A DNA stretch of 32,048 bases from Oscillospiraceae bacterium (GTDB lineage Bacteria > Bacillota > Clostridia > Oscillospirales > Ruminococcaceae). The stretch is taken from assembly GCA_051888545.1 (NCBI GenBank), contig JBJFBR010000243.1:1-32048 (forward strand), written 5' to 3'. Made by a program: the position numbers and the translations under genes. The notes under the pieces are model-generated. The model was not told the origin of the DNA. It did no database searches and was given only the letters and a program-made list of their open reading frames with translations. Of this stretch, positions 9,724 to 18,153 are shown piece by piece. The number at the start of each line of letters is the position of its first letter. Positions within the stretch are counted from its first letter, which is position 1.

Positions 9724-9864
9724 TTTTTGTAGAGTAGGCTGTTTGCTCCGCTTAAAAAGCCCGTAAATTCAGGGGTTTTCTCCGGTTCGAAAATTGAATA
9801 TTTTGTTGTTCTTTCCGTCAGTTCTTTCCAAAAGTTTTTGGAAGAAATGCGGAATCACATACAC

Positions 9865-9953
9865 GGAGAGTTGTCCGAGTGGTCGAAGGTGCAGCACTCG
9901 AAATGCTGTGTTCCCAAAAGGAACCTAGGGTTCGAATCCCTAACTCTCCGCCA
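9865..9953 (+). tRNA. Complete tRNA-Ser(CGA) carried inside the element
   Basis: Acceptor stem GGAGAGT/ACTCTCC, anticodon arm CAGCA-CTCGAAA-TGCTG, variable arm GTTCC-CAAAA-GGAAC, T arm TAGGG-TTCGAAT-CCCTA, discriminator G and CCA. Confidence 0.96.
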
Positions 9954-9996
9954 AAAAGTCCAGTAAACAAGCGGGTTTTCTGGACTTTTCTTTTTT
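9954..9996 (+). terminator. Terminator after the element tRNA, convergent with the integrase
   Basis: AAAAGTCCAG / CTGGACTTTT hairpin followed by a T-rich tract. Confidence 0.7.
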
Positions 9997-10098
9997 GCTT
10001 GTTTGCTCAAAATCGGCTCAAAACTGCGGAAAGAACAGCCCGTTTTTCGGAAAGAACAAGGCGATTTTCGGCATTTTGGCGTATTCGAACCGTAAAAA

Positions 10099-11313
10099 TC
10101 AGTTCTTTCCGCCGTCGTCTGAAATTTCGGTCCACTTGCTGCCGAAATTCACCGATTCGGGAAGCGCCATTCCGCTGACCATTGCCTTTGCCGACGACAG
10201 TTTTGAAGTGTAGTCAAGGTGGGCATAAATGTTAGCGGTGGTGGAAAAATCGCTGTGCCCCAGCCACTCCTGAATTTGTTTCAGCGGAACGCCGTTCGCA
10301 AGAAGCAGGCTTGCGCAACTGTGTCTTAAATCGTGAAAACGCATTCTTTTACAGCCGTGCTTTTGGATATACTGTGGGAAATAGCTTGTCAGATATTCTG
10401 GTCGCATTAAATCACCAAGCTCGTCTACAAAGACATATCCGTCATATTCGTAGTTGTAGCAGTTGCCGCAGACCTTTTTGTTGACCTCTTGTGCCGCTTT
10501 TACTTCTTTGAAGTATTCCGCAAAGCTGCCGACAAGCGGAAGTGTACGCATACTGGATTTTGTTTTGGCAGAGTCCTGTGCGTACATTTTTGTTTTTCCG
10601 TCCACTTGCAAAGATGTTACGGTGTGCCTAATAGTAATGGTGCCACGCTCAAAGTCGATGGCGTCCCATTTCAGTCCGCAAACCTCGCCACGACGCAAGC
10701 CGTAGAAAGCGGCAACTAAAACAGGAAGTTCCAGCTTTGTCCCTTTGACTACTTCAAATAAGTGTTTCAGTTCTTCTGCATCAAGGAATACAGGCTGATA
10801 ATCATTCTTTTTCGGGCGATCCACTTTCATTGCCACATTCTGCGTAACAAGGTCGGTTTTCATTGCATATTTCAGCGCCTGATGAATAACGGCGTGATAG
10901 TGAATAACCGAGTTTGGCTTGACCGTTTTCAGCTTTTCGGAATAGAATTGCTGAATGTGTCTTGCCTCCAATCCCTGAAGCGTTACCGCCTTCTTACGAA
11001 AATACGGCTCAATCACCGATTTCACCATTTGCTCGTAAGAGCTGAATGTGGTTGCTTTAACACGCACCTTGACAATGTCCAACCATTCAAGCAGATAGTC
11101 TGCAAACGGCATATCGGAAGCAAGCTCGCCGACTTCCTGCGGCGGTACAAATTCACTTCTGATTCGTGCAAGCTCGGCTTCGGCTTTGCGTTTGTTACCC
11201 TTTTCGGGCAGTCCCGTGGAAAAGTATTTCACACGGCGTTTTCCGTTGTTGTTATAGTAGCTCAGCACTACATAATAAAAAACTTTTTTAACTTGTAGGT
11301 GTCCTGATACCAT
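10099..11313 (-). CDS. int: Tyrosine recombinase (integrase)
   Basis: GLRRGE, FHDLRHS and LGHS..STT.NIYAH catalytic boxes; N-terminal arm-binding-like region; AAGGAG RBS. Confidence 0.95.
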   Translation of the reverse strand: MVSGHLQVKKVFYYVVLSYYNNNGKRRVKYFSTGLPEKGNKRKAEAELARIRSEFVPPQEVGELASDMPFADYLLEWLDIVKVRVKATTFSSYEQMVKSVIEPYFRKKAVTLQGLEARHIQQFYSEKLKTVKPNSVIHYHAVIHQALKYAMKTDLVTQNVAMKVDRPKKNDYQPVFLDAEELKHLFEVVKGTKLELPVLVAAFYGLRRGEVCGLKWDAIDFERGTITIRHTVTSLQVDGKTKMYAQDSAKTKSSMRTLPLVGSFAEYFKEVKAAQEVNKKVCGNCYNYEYDGYVFVDELGDLMRPEYLTSYFPQYIQKHGCKRMRFHDLRHSCASLLLANGVPLKQIQEWLGHSDFSTTANIYAHLDYTSKLSSAKAMVSGMALPESVNFGSKWTEISDDGGKN

Positions 11314-11433
11314 TGTATTTAACTCCTTTCATTGTACATCACAGGAAGGACCTACACCGACAAGCCTATTATAGCTTGCCGGCATAGTTCTTTCCATTCT
11401 GCAAAAGTCACTCGCTGTACACTTTGGTTCGAA

Positions 11434-12351
11434 TTAACGAGCGTCTCTGTTGCGTTCTCGTTGGCGTTTCAAAAGCTCCAAGCCTTTCAAAATATCTCGT
11501 TTGATTTGCTCATCGTTGTAATTTTGCGGAAAGTATTTGCGAAACTCATCACGAGGCAGCTTGATTTGTTCCTTTTGATTTGGTTTTTCTTCTGCCAAAA
11601 CAGCATAGACAGCATCGGCGGTAAGCAAGCCGTCCTGTGACATTTTCTTCAGTCTGATACTCTGTGCGTGGGACGGTGTGCAGTCATTCATATTGATTGC
11701 GTCAAGCAAAGTGAGCTGTTCGTCACGGTCGAGGTAGGAGATTTCAACCGCAGGGTTGAAAGCAATTTTATTGTCATCTACCATTGAAAGCAGTTCGGGA
11801 ATTAAGTAAGTTAAGCGGATATATCTTCGCACTTGGTCTTTGCTTTCACCGGCTTCTTCGGCAACTTTTTCTACACTAAGCAACTTCTCTGCAACTTGCA
11901 CAGAAGTTTTACCTTGGTGCTTTATGGCATCCAGTTTCATCTTATACGCAAAGGCTTTTTCGCTTGGCAGTATCGTTTCTCTTTGCAGATTTGCGTCCAC
12001 CATTGCAATCACAGCCTCATCGTCTGACATCTCACGGACGATTACAGGCATTGTTTCAATCCCCAGCACCTGACACGCCGCAAGCCTTCTGTGCCCTGAA
12101 ATAAGCTCATAGCCGCCGTCGGGCAGAGGTCTGGCAAGTGCCGGAGTTATCGTTCCTACCTTGCGTATACTTTCAATCATTCGCTCCATTTCTTCGTTAT
12201 TCAATATCTTAAATGGGTGATTCTTAAAAGGGTGAAGCTCGTCAAGCGGTATGTTCTTTACACGCTCAAGCTTTGCATCGTCACGCTCCGCCTGCGTTGT
12301 AAATAGGTCGTCCAGTGTCGGTAAAGTAAAATCTGATTTTCGTTTTGTCAT
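11434..12351 (-). CDS. ParB/RepB/Spo0J family protein
   Basis: HPF, ISGHRRL and DANLQRE motifs plus HTH; ATG overlaps the relaxase stop (ATGA). Confidence 0.88.
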   Translation of the reverse strand: MTKRKSDFTLPTLDDLFTTQAERDDAKLERVKNIPLDELHPFKNHPFKILNNEEMERMIESIRKVGTITPALARPLPDGGYELISGHRRLAACQVLGIETMPVIVREMSDDEAVIAMVDANLQRETILPSEKAFAYKMKLDAIKHQGKTSVQVAEKLLSVEKVAEEAGESKDQVRRYIRLTYLIPELLSMVDDNKIAFNPAVEISYLDRDEQLTLLDAINMNDCTPSHAQSIRLKKMSQDGLLTADAVYAVLAEEKPNQKEQIKLPRDEFRKYFPQNYNDEQIKRDILKGLELLKRQRERNRDAR

Positions 12352-13733
12352 CGTTCGCATCCTCTCTTTCTTGATTTATTAAGTCCGAAATATCGGCTTC
12401 GCATATTCTCCTCAATGAGAATATTTTCTTTGATTTTGGGGTTATCCTCAATAATCCTTGCCGCTGTTTTCCTGTCCTTTCGGAGCTGAGCAAGAGCCTT
12501 TGTGCAGTCATCTCGCTTGGCAATAAGCTTTGCTTTTTCGTCGGGATTGTGGCAAGAATCAATATCACGGTAGAGCATTTTGCGGTAATCCGATATGAGT
12601 TTTATTTCCGAATCTGCGTTTTTAATAAACACTTCCACAGAAGAAATATCGGTCAGGTGATTGTCGCAAATAAGCTGTACCTGTGCCGTGTGGCGCTCCA
12701 GCCAACGGCAAGCTTCACGCATTTCAGGCGATAACGGCTTGTGCTTTTTATTCTTCGGCAGCACGCCCAGCAGATACAAATATCTGAAATACAACGCCTT
12801 AAGTCCTGTAATCTTATTTGCGGTTTTTAAGCTGCCTCTAACAAAATGAGCTTTTTGAATTGTTACACCGAAACTCTTTTTTTCGGTAAACGCATAGTAT
12901 AAGCGGTAAGCTTCCTGTGGGTTGTTTCGCAGAGTATCTCTCATTCGGTCATAGATTGCATCTCGGTCATAGGCTTCTCCCAAGCGGTACAAACGAGTTG
13001 CTTTCTTGCTGTTGACAGAGCGAATGGTAGCGTATTTATGATATGGATTAAGGTCGATTACATATCCGATCTGTTTCATAACATAGGTGAAAGCTTTGGG
13101 ATTTGTACTCATCGTAAGCGCTTTATCTATCGCCTCACGCATTAAATTGTATCGGGTAGGCTCGCCGTTCTTTTCTGCAAAGTACAGCTTGCGTGGCGTC
13201 TTTCCTGTGGGATTTTTAATGACCGTCAAACCGTTTTCTTTGCAAAGCTCATCGGAAATACTGCGCAGTTTCCAGTATGCTCCCTCGTTGCAGTTAAACT
13301 TCTTACCGTTCCACATATTCACCGAATTGATGACCAAATGATTGTGATATGTGCCGGTGTTAAAGTGCGTAGCGACCAGCACTTGGTACTGATCGCCCCA
13401 CATTCTTTTTGCAAGTTCAACGCCGAGTTTGTGGGCAAGCTGCGGTGTAACTTCACCTGTTTTGAAACTCTGATATGCGTGATAAGCCACATTGCCGACC
13501 GTCTTATCAAAGCGTTCTTGCACCGCATTCATCTCGGCAAAAGCTGTTTCTGCGGTGCAGTTTACGCCTGTAACATACATAGCTTTTTCTTCACCGATTA
13601 CGGTTTTTCGCTCGTCGCTTGCGTAGTGAAGTGCCTTGCAAATATCGCTGTAAATCGTCTTGTCCGGGTTCGCCGCATAGCATAAAACACGGTTGACGCT
13701 GTCTGTTACAGCCCATATTTTTGTTACTGCCAC
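12348..13733 (-). CDS. Relaxase/mobilisation nuclease (MOBP-like)
   Basis: N-terminal Tyr (YAANPDKT), AYHAYQSF, and VATH.NT..YHNHLVINSV three-His motif. Confidence 0.92.
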   Translation of the reverse strand: MAVTKIWAVTDSVNRVLCYAANPDKTIYSDICKALHYASDERKTVIGEEKAMYVTGVNCTAETAFAEMNAVQERFDKTVGNVAYHAYQSFKTGEVTPQLAHKLGVELAKRMWGDQYQVLVATHFNTGTYHNHLVINSVNMWNGKKFNCNEGAYWKLRSISDELCKENGLTVIKNPTGKTPRKLYFAEKNGEPTRYNLMREAIDKALTMSTNPKAFTYVMKQIGYVIDLNPYHKYATIRSVNSKKATRLYRLGEAYDRDAIYDRMRDTLRNNPQEAYRLYYAFTEKKSFGVTIQKAHFVRGSLKTANKITGLKALYFRYLYLLGVLPKNKKHKPLSPEMREACRWLERHTAQVQLICDNHLTDISSVEVFIKNADSEIKLISDYRKMLYRDIDSCHNPDEKAKLIAKRDDCTKALAQLRKDRKTAARIIEDNPKIKENILIEENMRSRYFGLNKSRKRGCER

Positions 13734-14038
13734 GGCGAATCACTTGCTCTTTCCGGATCACCGATTGTGTGGTAAGCCTTCAAAAATTTGCTTACGACAT
13801 AATCAAATCCGTCGCTGATTCTGTCGTCGGGCAGCGACTTAAAGTTGTCACGAAGCGCAGTTAAACCTCGGTAAGCTTCGTAAAATTCCTGTGGCAAGGT
13901 TGCCTGAATTTCTTTGCCCAATCCAAGTTTTCTAAGGTAAGCAGAGAGCGAAAGTCCGCATTTTCTAGCGGCAGTTTCCATTTTTCTTTTCTCTCCCTCA
14001 GTCACTCGGATATTGATTGCAGTTGTTCTTTGTCTCAT
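13724..14038 (-). CDS. mobC: MobC/MobA-like ribbon-helix-helix relaxosome accessory protein
   Basis: INIRVTEGEK...A...GLSLSAYLR pattern; overlaps the relaxase start. Confidence 0.8.
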   Translation of the reverse strand: MRQRTTAINIRVTEGEKRKMETAARKCGLSLSAYLRKLGLGKEIQATLPQEFYEAYRGLTALRDNFKSLPDDRISDGFDYVVSKFLKAYHTIGDPERASDSPWQ

Positions 14039-14059
14039 ATTTTTTCATTCCTTTCTCCT

Positions 14060-14195
14060 AAAAATCGGGGTTACAGGGGCGGCAAGTCCCTTTCGGCAAT
14101 TTGCCGCCGGTTTTGTGGGCTTCAAAGGCAACACAAAGCCTATGCTCGCTATCCTTACGGATTGGCATTACCTGTATAGCCTTATATCCACTTTC
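14060..14195. other. Candidate oriT region
   Basis: Non-coding gap upstream of mobC with short inverted repeats (TTTGTG...CACAAA, GGCTT...AAGCC); position typical of MOBP modules; nic site not determined. Confidence 0.4.
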
Positions 14196-14202
14196 TCAAA
14201 AA

Positions 14203-14275
14203 GTGACGATAGTGACGGATGTGACGGCTTTTTCCTATATAGCGGATTTATTGTCATCGCCGTCATTGCCGTCAC
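14203..14275. repeat. Two inverted triplets of 9-bp-period RTGACR units, candidate replication origin
   Basis: GTGACGATA-GTGACGGAT-GTGACGG on plus; GTGACGGCA-ATGACGGCG-ATGACAATA on minus. Confidence 0.55.
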
Positions 14276-15260
14276 ACTTTTTTAAGCGAATCAGTCGGCT
14301 TGTCCCCGTGCGTTTTGTTTTGTATTCGATGGCTTGCGGCTGAAAAACTTCCGAAGAAAATCGGGCAAGCATTTTGGTCACGACATTAGGTGTTACTTCG
14401 GTTTCGTTCATTTGCGTTATAAGTTCCGTTGCCGTGCCTTGCCACTCTTTATGTTCCGATATAAAATCAACCAGCCGGAAAACAAACTTCGGAATTTCTT
14501 CACGGTGAATGTCCTCCATATCCTTTCGCTCGACCAACTCCCACAAGTGACTGCGGTTGTCAAACTTCAAGGTCAGTTCCTGATATTCGATATCTCGACC
14601 GGTAGCAAGCAGCGTTCCTGTTTCATTGGCACGGCTGCGTTTCAAAACAAAATTCGTATCTGCCGCACCTGTGATACCGGTGGAGCCTGATACCTCGTTG
14701 AATGGGTCGCTGACATCTTTTAGTTTTCTGACGTGATGAACAACCACAACGGCAATACCGTACTTATCCGAAATATTTTTCAGTGCCGATACATCATCAT
14801 AGTCGCCTGCGTACATTCCGCTTTTTCCGCCGGTGCTTTTTGAATCTCGAACCTTTTGAAAAGTGTCGATTATAACAAGCTTTGTTTTCGGGAAGTCGGA
14901 AAGATACTGTTCGATTTGCTGTTCCAAGCCGTTGCCGATTTGAAAACTCGTTGTGGCAATGCGAAGTTCGGGCGGGGCTTCGTCTGTGATTTGATATAGT
15001 CGGTTTTGGATTCTTGCATAAGTATCTTCCAAGCACAGATAAAGCACATCGCTCTTGTGTGTTTCAAAATCCCACACGGGTTGTCCTCTCGCCACTTGAA
15101 TGCCGAGCCAAAGCATAAGCCAGCTCTTGCCGATTTTACTTGAACCCGAAAGCACGCTGAGTCCTTGCGGTATCAAGCCGTCAACCACAAATAAGGTTTT
15201 TCTCATCGGCGTTGACAGCAGCGTGTCCGCATCGATTGTTTTCAGCTTTTCAACTTGCAT
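14235..15260 (-). CDS. AAA_25/RepA-like helicase-family ATPase, putative replication protein
   Basis: Walker A GSSKIGKS, YLCLED, Walker B VIIDT, VHHVRK and SGSTG motifs. Confidence 0.85.
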   Translation of the reverse strand: MQVEKLKTIDADTLLSTPMRKTLFVVDGLIPQGLSVLSGSSKIGKSWLMLWLGIQVARGQPVWDFETHKSDVLYLCLEDTYARIQNRLYQITDEAPPELRIATTSFQIGNGLEQQIEQYLSDFPKTKLVIIDTFQKVRDSKSTGGKSGMYAGDYDDVSALKNISDKYGIAVVVVHHVRKLKDVSDPFNEVSGSTGITGAADTNFVLKRSRANETGTLLATGRDIEYQELTLKFDNRSHLWELVERKDMEDIHREEIPKFVFRLVDFISEHKEWQGTATELITQMNETEVTPNVVTKMLARFSSEVFQPQAIEYKTKRTGTSRLIRLKKCDGNDGDDNKSAI

Positions 15261-15477
15261 TCTTTACACCTTCTTCCATAACATAATTGATGACATTGAC
15301 CTTCGGAATCTTAAAAGCGTTTCCAATTTTAACGCCGGAGATATATCCGTTGTTAATCAGGTCGTATGCCAAGTGTCGGCTTACGCCGAGCATTTGTTGA
15401 AGCTGAGCTACCGTAACAATGTCCGGGTAATCCGGGAACATCATTTTGTAAAGCTCTTTTAATTCTGTTTTTCTCAT
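15250..15477 (-). CDS. Excisionase-like HTH (HTH_17) protein
   Basis: YPDIVTVAQLQQMLGVSR..AY.L and KIG..FKIPK; GGAGG RBS. Confidence 0.85.
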   Translation of the reverse strand: MRKTELKELYKMMFPDYPDIVTVAQLQQMLGVSRHLAYDLINNGYISGVKIGNAFKIPKVNVINYVMEEGVKNAS

Positions 15478-15728
15478 CTTCTTAACCTCCTTTGTGAGAA
15501 AAAGCTGCACGGTATGTACAGCTATGTAAGAGGCAACAGTTGAAAGGAGGGCTCTTTCTGTTGCCTTTTCGCCGTTCTACCCGAATGTCGTTTTTCTATC
15601 CCTGCCCCATCTCAGCGGCGTTGCTTCGCTTTCGTCGTCTCCGACTGTCATCGCAAAGTCATATCTCATTCGGACGGTCATTCAATTTTTAGAAAATCAA
15701 ACAATATACAATCTTGATTTGCAAATTT

Positions 15729-15771
15729 ATTATAGCTATGTGTTGACACGAAGGCAATACTTTTGTATAAT
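15729..15771. promoter_or_regulatory. Overlapping divergent sigma-A promoters
   Basis: Plus: TTGACA(15743)-17-TATAAT(15766). Minus: TTGCCT(15757)-17-TATAAT(15734). Confidence 0.75.
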
Positions 15772-15840
15772 GTTCTTTGTAGTGATATAGATTTGCCAAC
15801 AATTCAAAATTTCTCATTTTCTAAAACGGAGGTCTCAGTA

Positions 15841-17262
15841 ATGAGTGGAAACCTGCTTCAAACAGAAGATAAATACAGCGCTGTGTCCTTTGGATTTGCT
15901 CCAAACAGATGGCACATGACAGATGATGAGAAGTCCTGCGTGCTGTCCGTGAATGACGAGTACAACTATTCGAAGCTCTTTGAACTGTTTAATGCTATTG
16001 ACGCCGATAAGCGAGAAGCGATTGCTCTGGCTGTTACCGGCAAAAAAGAATTTGCTTTATCGGACGGTGAAATTGCTCAAATTAAGCAGGATGCTGCCGA
16101 TACGCTTGCTCGTTTGCGAGCCGTTACGCAAAAAATAAACTCCGCATTTGACTTTCTTCCTTTAGGTGACAGCAGAGCTTATATTTCACCGATGAACACC
16201 TCTTCTGTCTTTTTTTCACCGGGCGAAGGAATTTTGAATTTTCTATATGCAGATTTTGATTCGGCATATAATGAATGCCTGAATCGCACAAAAAAAGACC
16301 TGCCTGACGAGACAAGTCTTGATATATCTTTACTGACCGAAAAAGAAAAGAAATTGTATTATTATTTGGCTTTAACCGAAACGCAAAAACGCTTTAAGCC
16401 ATTGATAGAAGCTTCTCTGTTTACAGCGGAATTTCCGCCTATTCTGCTTCATTGTTCAGAACAGGAGTTGACGGACTACTATCAATATCTTAAAGAAATA
16501 CAAAGTAATCTCTTGAATTTAATCGAGGCGACATTTGACGAGAATTTTTGCGACGGATTTTTCAATCTCCTAACCCATAAAACGAGATTTGCAGGCTACT
16601 GCCGTAAGCTCGGCTTGCCGGCAGAGCAAAAGAGAACGATTGTGCATAGCATCAGCATCATTGATGCCGAACATCAGATAGAAAATGTGCTTGACGGCTA
16701 TATAGATAGTGATTTTGATATGAATATAAAAATGGCTGCCGTTTCGGAGGTGGATTTGAGTATTCAAAAGGATTTGGACAAGCTTGGTTTTACTATGCCG
16801 GAAATGATTGCCTTGTCCGTAATGCAAGCTGGTGAATACGAAACCTGTATTTGCGAAAGTATTGAACAGCAAATTGAGTTTGAATTGATACAGTTGTTGA
16901 AGTCCGACACCGGAATGCGCAAATGCAAACGCTGCGGTAAGTATTTCATTATGAAGGGCAACTACGACACCAATTACTGCGACCGCATTACCGAGGGTGA
17001 AACCCGCAACTGTCAGGACTTAGCCGCACAGGAAAACTACAAAAAGAAAATGGCGGACAATGCCGCCATTCCGTTGTATCAAAAGTATTATAAGCGCTAT
17101 GCCGCCCGTGTGCGTGTAAGGCAGATTAAAGAGCCTGATTTCAAAAAATGGAAGTATCAGGCGATGACAAAGCGAGACGAATGCTCCGACGGCAAAATCA
17201 CCCTTGCGGAGTTTGAAGCATGGCTTGAAGCCAGTTTTCCTAATAGGAAGAAGAAACAATAA
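15841..17262 (+). CDS. DUF6076-like protein with C-terminal Cys cluster, possible element regulator
   Basis: KCKRCGKYF...YCDR...RNCQ followed by a basic tail; GGAGGT RBS before ATG 15841; family name from recall. Confidence 0.65.
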   Translation: MSGNLLQTEDKYSAVSFGFAPNRWHMTDDEKSCVLSVNDEYNYSKLFELFNAIDADKREAIALAVTGKKEFALSDGEIAQIKQDAADTLARLRAVTQKINSAFDFLPLGDSRAYISPMNTSSVFFSPGEGILNFLYADFDSAYNECLNRTKKDLPDETSLDISLLTEKEKKLYYYLALTETQKRFKPLIEASLFTAEFPPILLHCSEQELTDYYQYLKEIQSNLLNLIEATFDENFCDGFFNLLTHKTRFAGYCRKLGLPAEQKRTIVHSISIIDAEHQIENVLDGYIDSDFDMNIKMAAVSEVDLSIQKDLDKLGFTMPEMIALSVMQAGEYETCICESIEQQIEFELIQLLKSDTGMRKCKRCGKYFIMKGNYDTNYCDRITEGETRNCQDLAAQENYKKKMADNAAIPLYQKYYKRYAARVRVRQIKEPDFKKWKYQAMTKRDECSDGKITLAEFEAWLEASFPNRKKKQ

Positions 17263-17294
17263 TCATCCCTTGCCAATAAACAACCGATTTCCCC

Positions 17295-17327
17295 AAGCGG
17301 AACTGTAACAAAAGCAGTTCCGCTTTT
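17295..17327 (+). terminator. Intrinsic terminator
   Basis: AAGCGGAACTG / CAGTTCCGCTT hairpin with T-tract. Confidence 0.75.
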
Positions 17328-17369
17328 ATAATATTTTCTTGTAATTCCTTTATAAATCCGCAATAATCC

Positions 17370-17398
17370 TTGATTTTAAAGCTAAAATATGCTATACT
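17370..17398 (+). promoter_or_regulatory. Promoter of the cargo region
   Basis: TTGATT-17 bp-TATACT with extended -10 TG. Confidence 0.6.
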
Positions 17399-17440
17399 AA
17401 AGTTGTATAAATATATCTACCCGAAAGTGAGGAAAATTAA

Positions 17441-17629
17441 ATGGATTCCAACATTGAACGCTGGTACTCAATGAAAGAAATTTGCGAATACCTCGGCGTC
17501 AGCCGTGACACCGTACTCGCTTGGATAGAAAAAAGAAATATGCCCGCCGCAAAAATCGGTCGCCTTTGGAAATTCAAGGTCAGCGAAGTAGACGCTTGGA
17601 TGAAATCCGGCGTTGCGGCAGATAAGTAA
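17441..17629 (+). CDS. Small HTH_17/MerR-like DNA-binding protein
   Basis: WYSMKEICEYLGVSRDTV..WI and PAAKIGRLWKFK.SEVD.W. Confidence 0.85.
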   Translation: MDSNIERWYSMKEICEYLGVSRDTVLAWIEKRNMPAAKIGRLWKFKVSEVDAWMKSGVAADK

Positions 17630-17638
17630 GTTCCGGAG

Positions 17639-18133
17639 ATGTACAATATGGGTTTTATTGAATCGTATAAACATCTTGAAAAACTATGCGGCGAAGTATT
17701 AAATGACGATAGGCGTATATCCGCTTATATTGATGAAATGATAAATACTCCCCGTGGTTCTTATCTTGTAAGAGGTTGGGATGATGACCTAAAACAACTG
17801 AAACACTACCGTTGGGTTAGGAATCAAATAGCACATGAACCTGATTGCACCGAGCAAAATATGTGTGAACCGCGTGATACTGTGTGGCTTGACGATTTTT
17901 ATTCACGCATAATGAATCAAACCGACCCTCTCGCTTTATATTCTAAAGCCACCAAGCCTCGTCAGGCTCAAAAACCGGTACAAGCTCTTAAGCCGGAATC
18001 CCATACATACACTTATTCTCAGCCGACTTCTAATCATAGAAAATCATCCCCACAGGCTGCCGGTTGTATGACATTTTTAGTAGGTATTTTAATTATTGTA
18101 GTTGCAATCGTTTTAATTTCAGGAATATTATAG
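17639..18133 (+). CDS. Hypothetical protein with HEPN-like RxxxxH motif and C-terminal transmembrane helix
   Basis: RNQIAH in a helical N-terminal domain, low-complexity linker, hydrophobic C-terminus. Confidence 0.55.
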   Translation: MYNMGFIESYKHLEKLCGEVLNDDRRISAYIDEMINTPRGSYLVRGWDDDLKQLKHYRWVRNQIAHEPDCTEQNMCEPRDTVWLDDFYSRIMNQTDPLALYSKATKPRQAQKPVQALKPESHTYTYSQPTSNHRKSSPQAAGCMTFLVGILIIVVAIVLISGIL

Positions 18134-18153
18134 TTCGATTTTGGAGGTGCAAT

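Larger units (their letters stand above)
9808..10110. repeat. GTTCTTTCC repeats at the left end, putative integrase arm-type sites
   Basis: Direct copies at 9808, 9821 and 10102; inverted copies at 10028 and 10049. Confidence 0.75.

Noticed and set aside
9683-9800. tRNA intron or an intact tRNA at 9683 using GGTTCGA at 9784
   Set aside because: No T-stem, 3' acceptor strand or CCA follows, and no group I intron features were seen. The true 3' half is 17 kb away.
9879-10213. ORFs 9879-10178 and 9995-10213
   Set aside because: They overlap the element tRNA, its terminator and the integrase end; no RBS or motifs.
10463-15462. Numerous plus-strand ORFs antisense to int, parB, relaxase and rep
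   Set aside because: Antisense shadows of well-supported genes with no motifs of their own.
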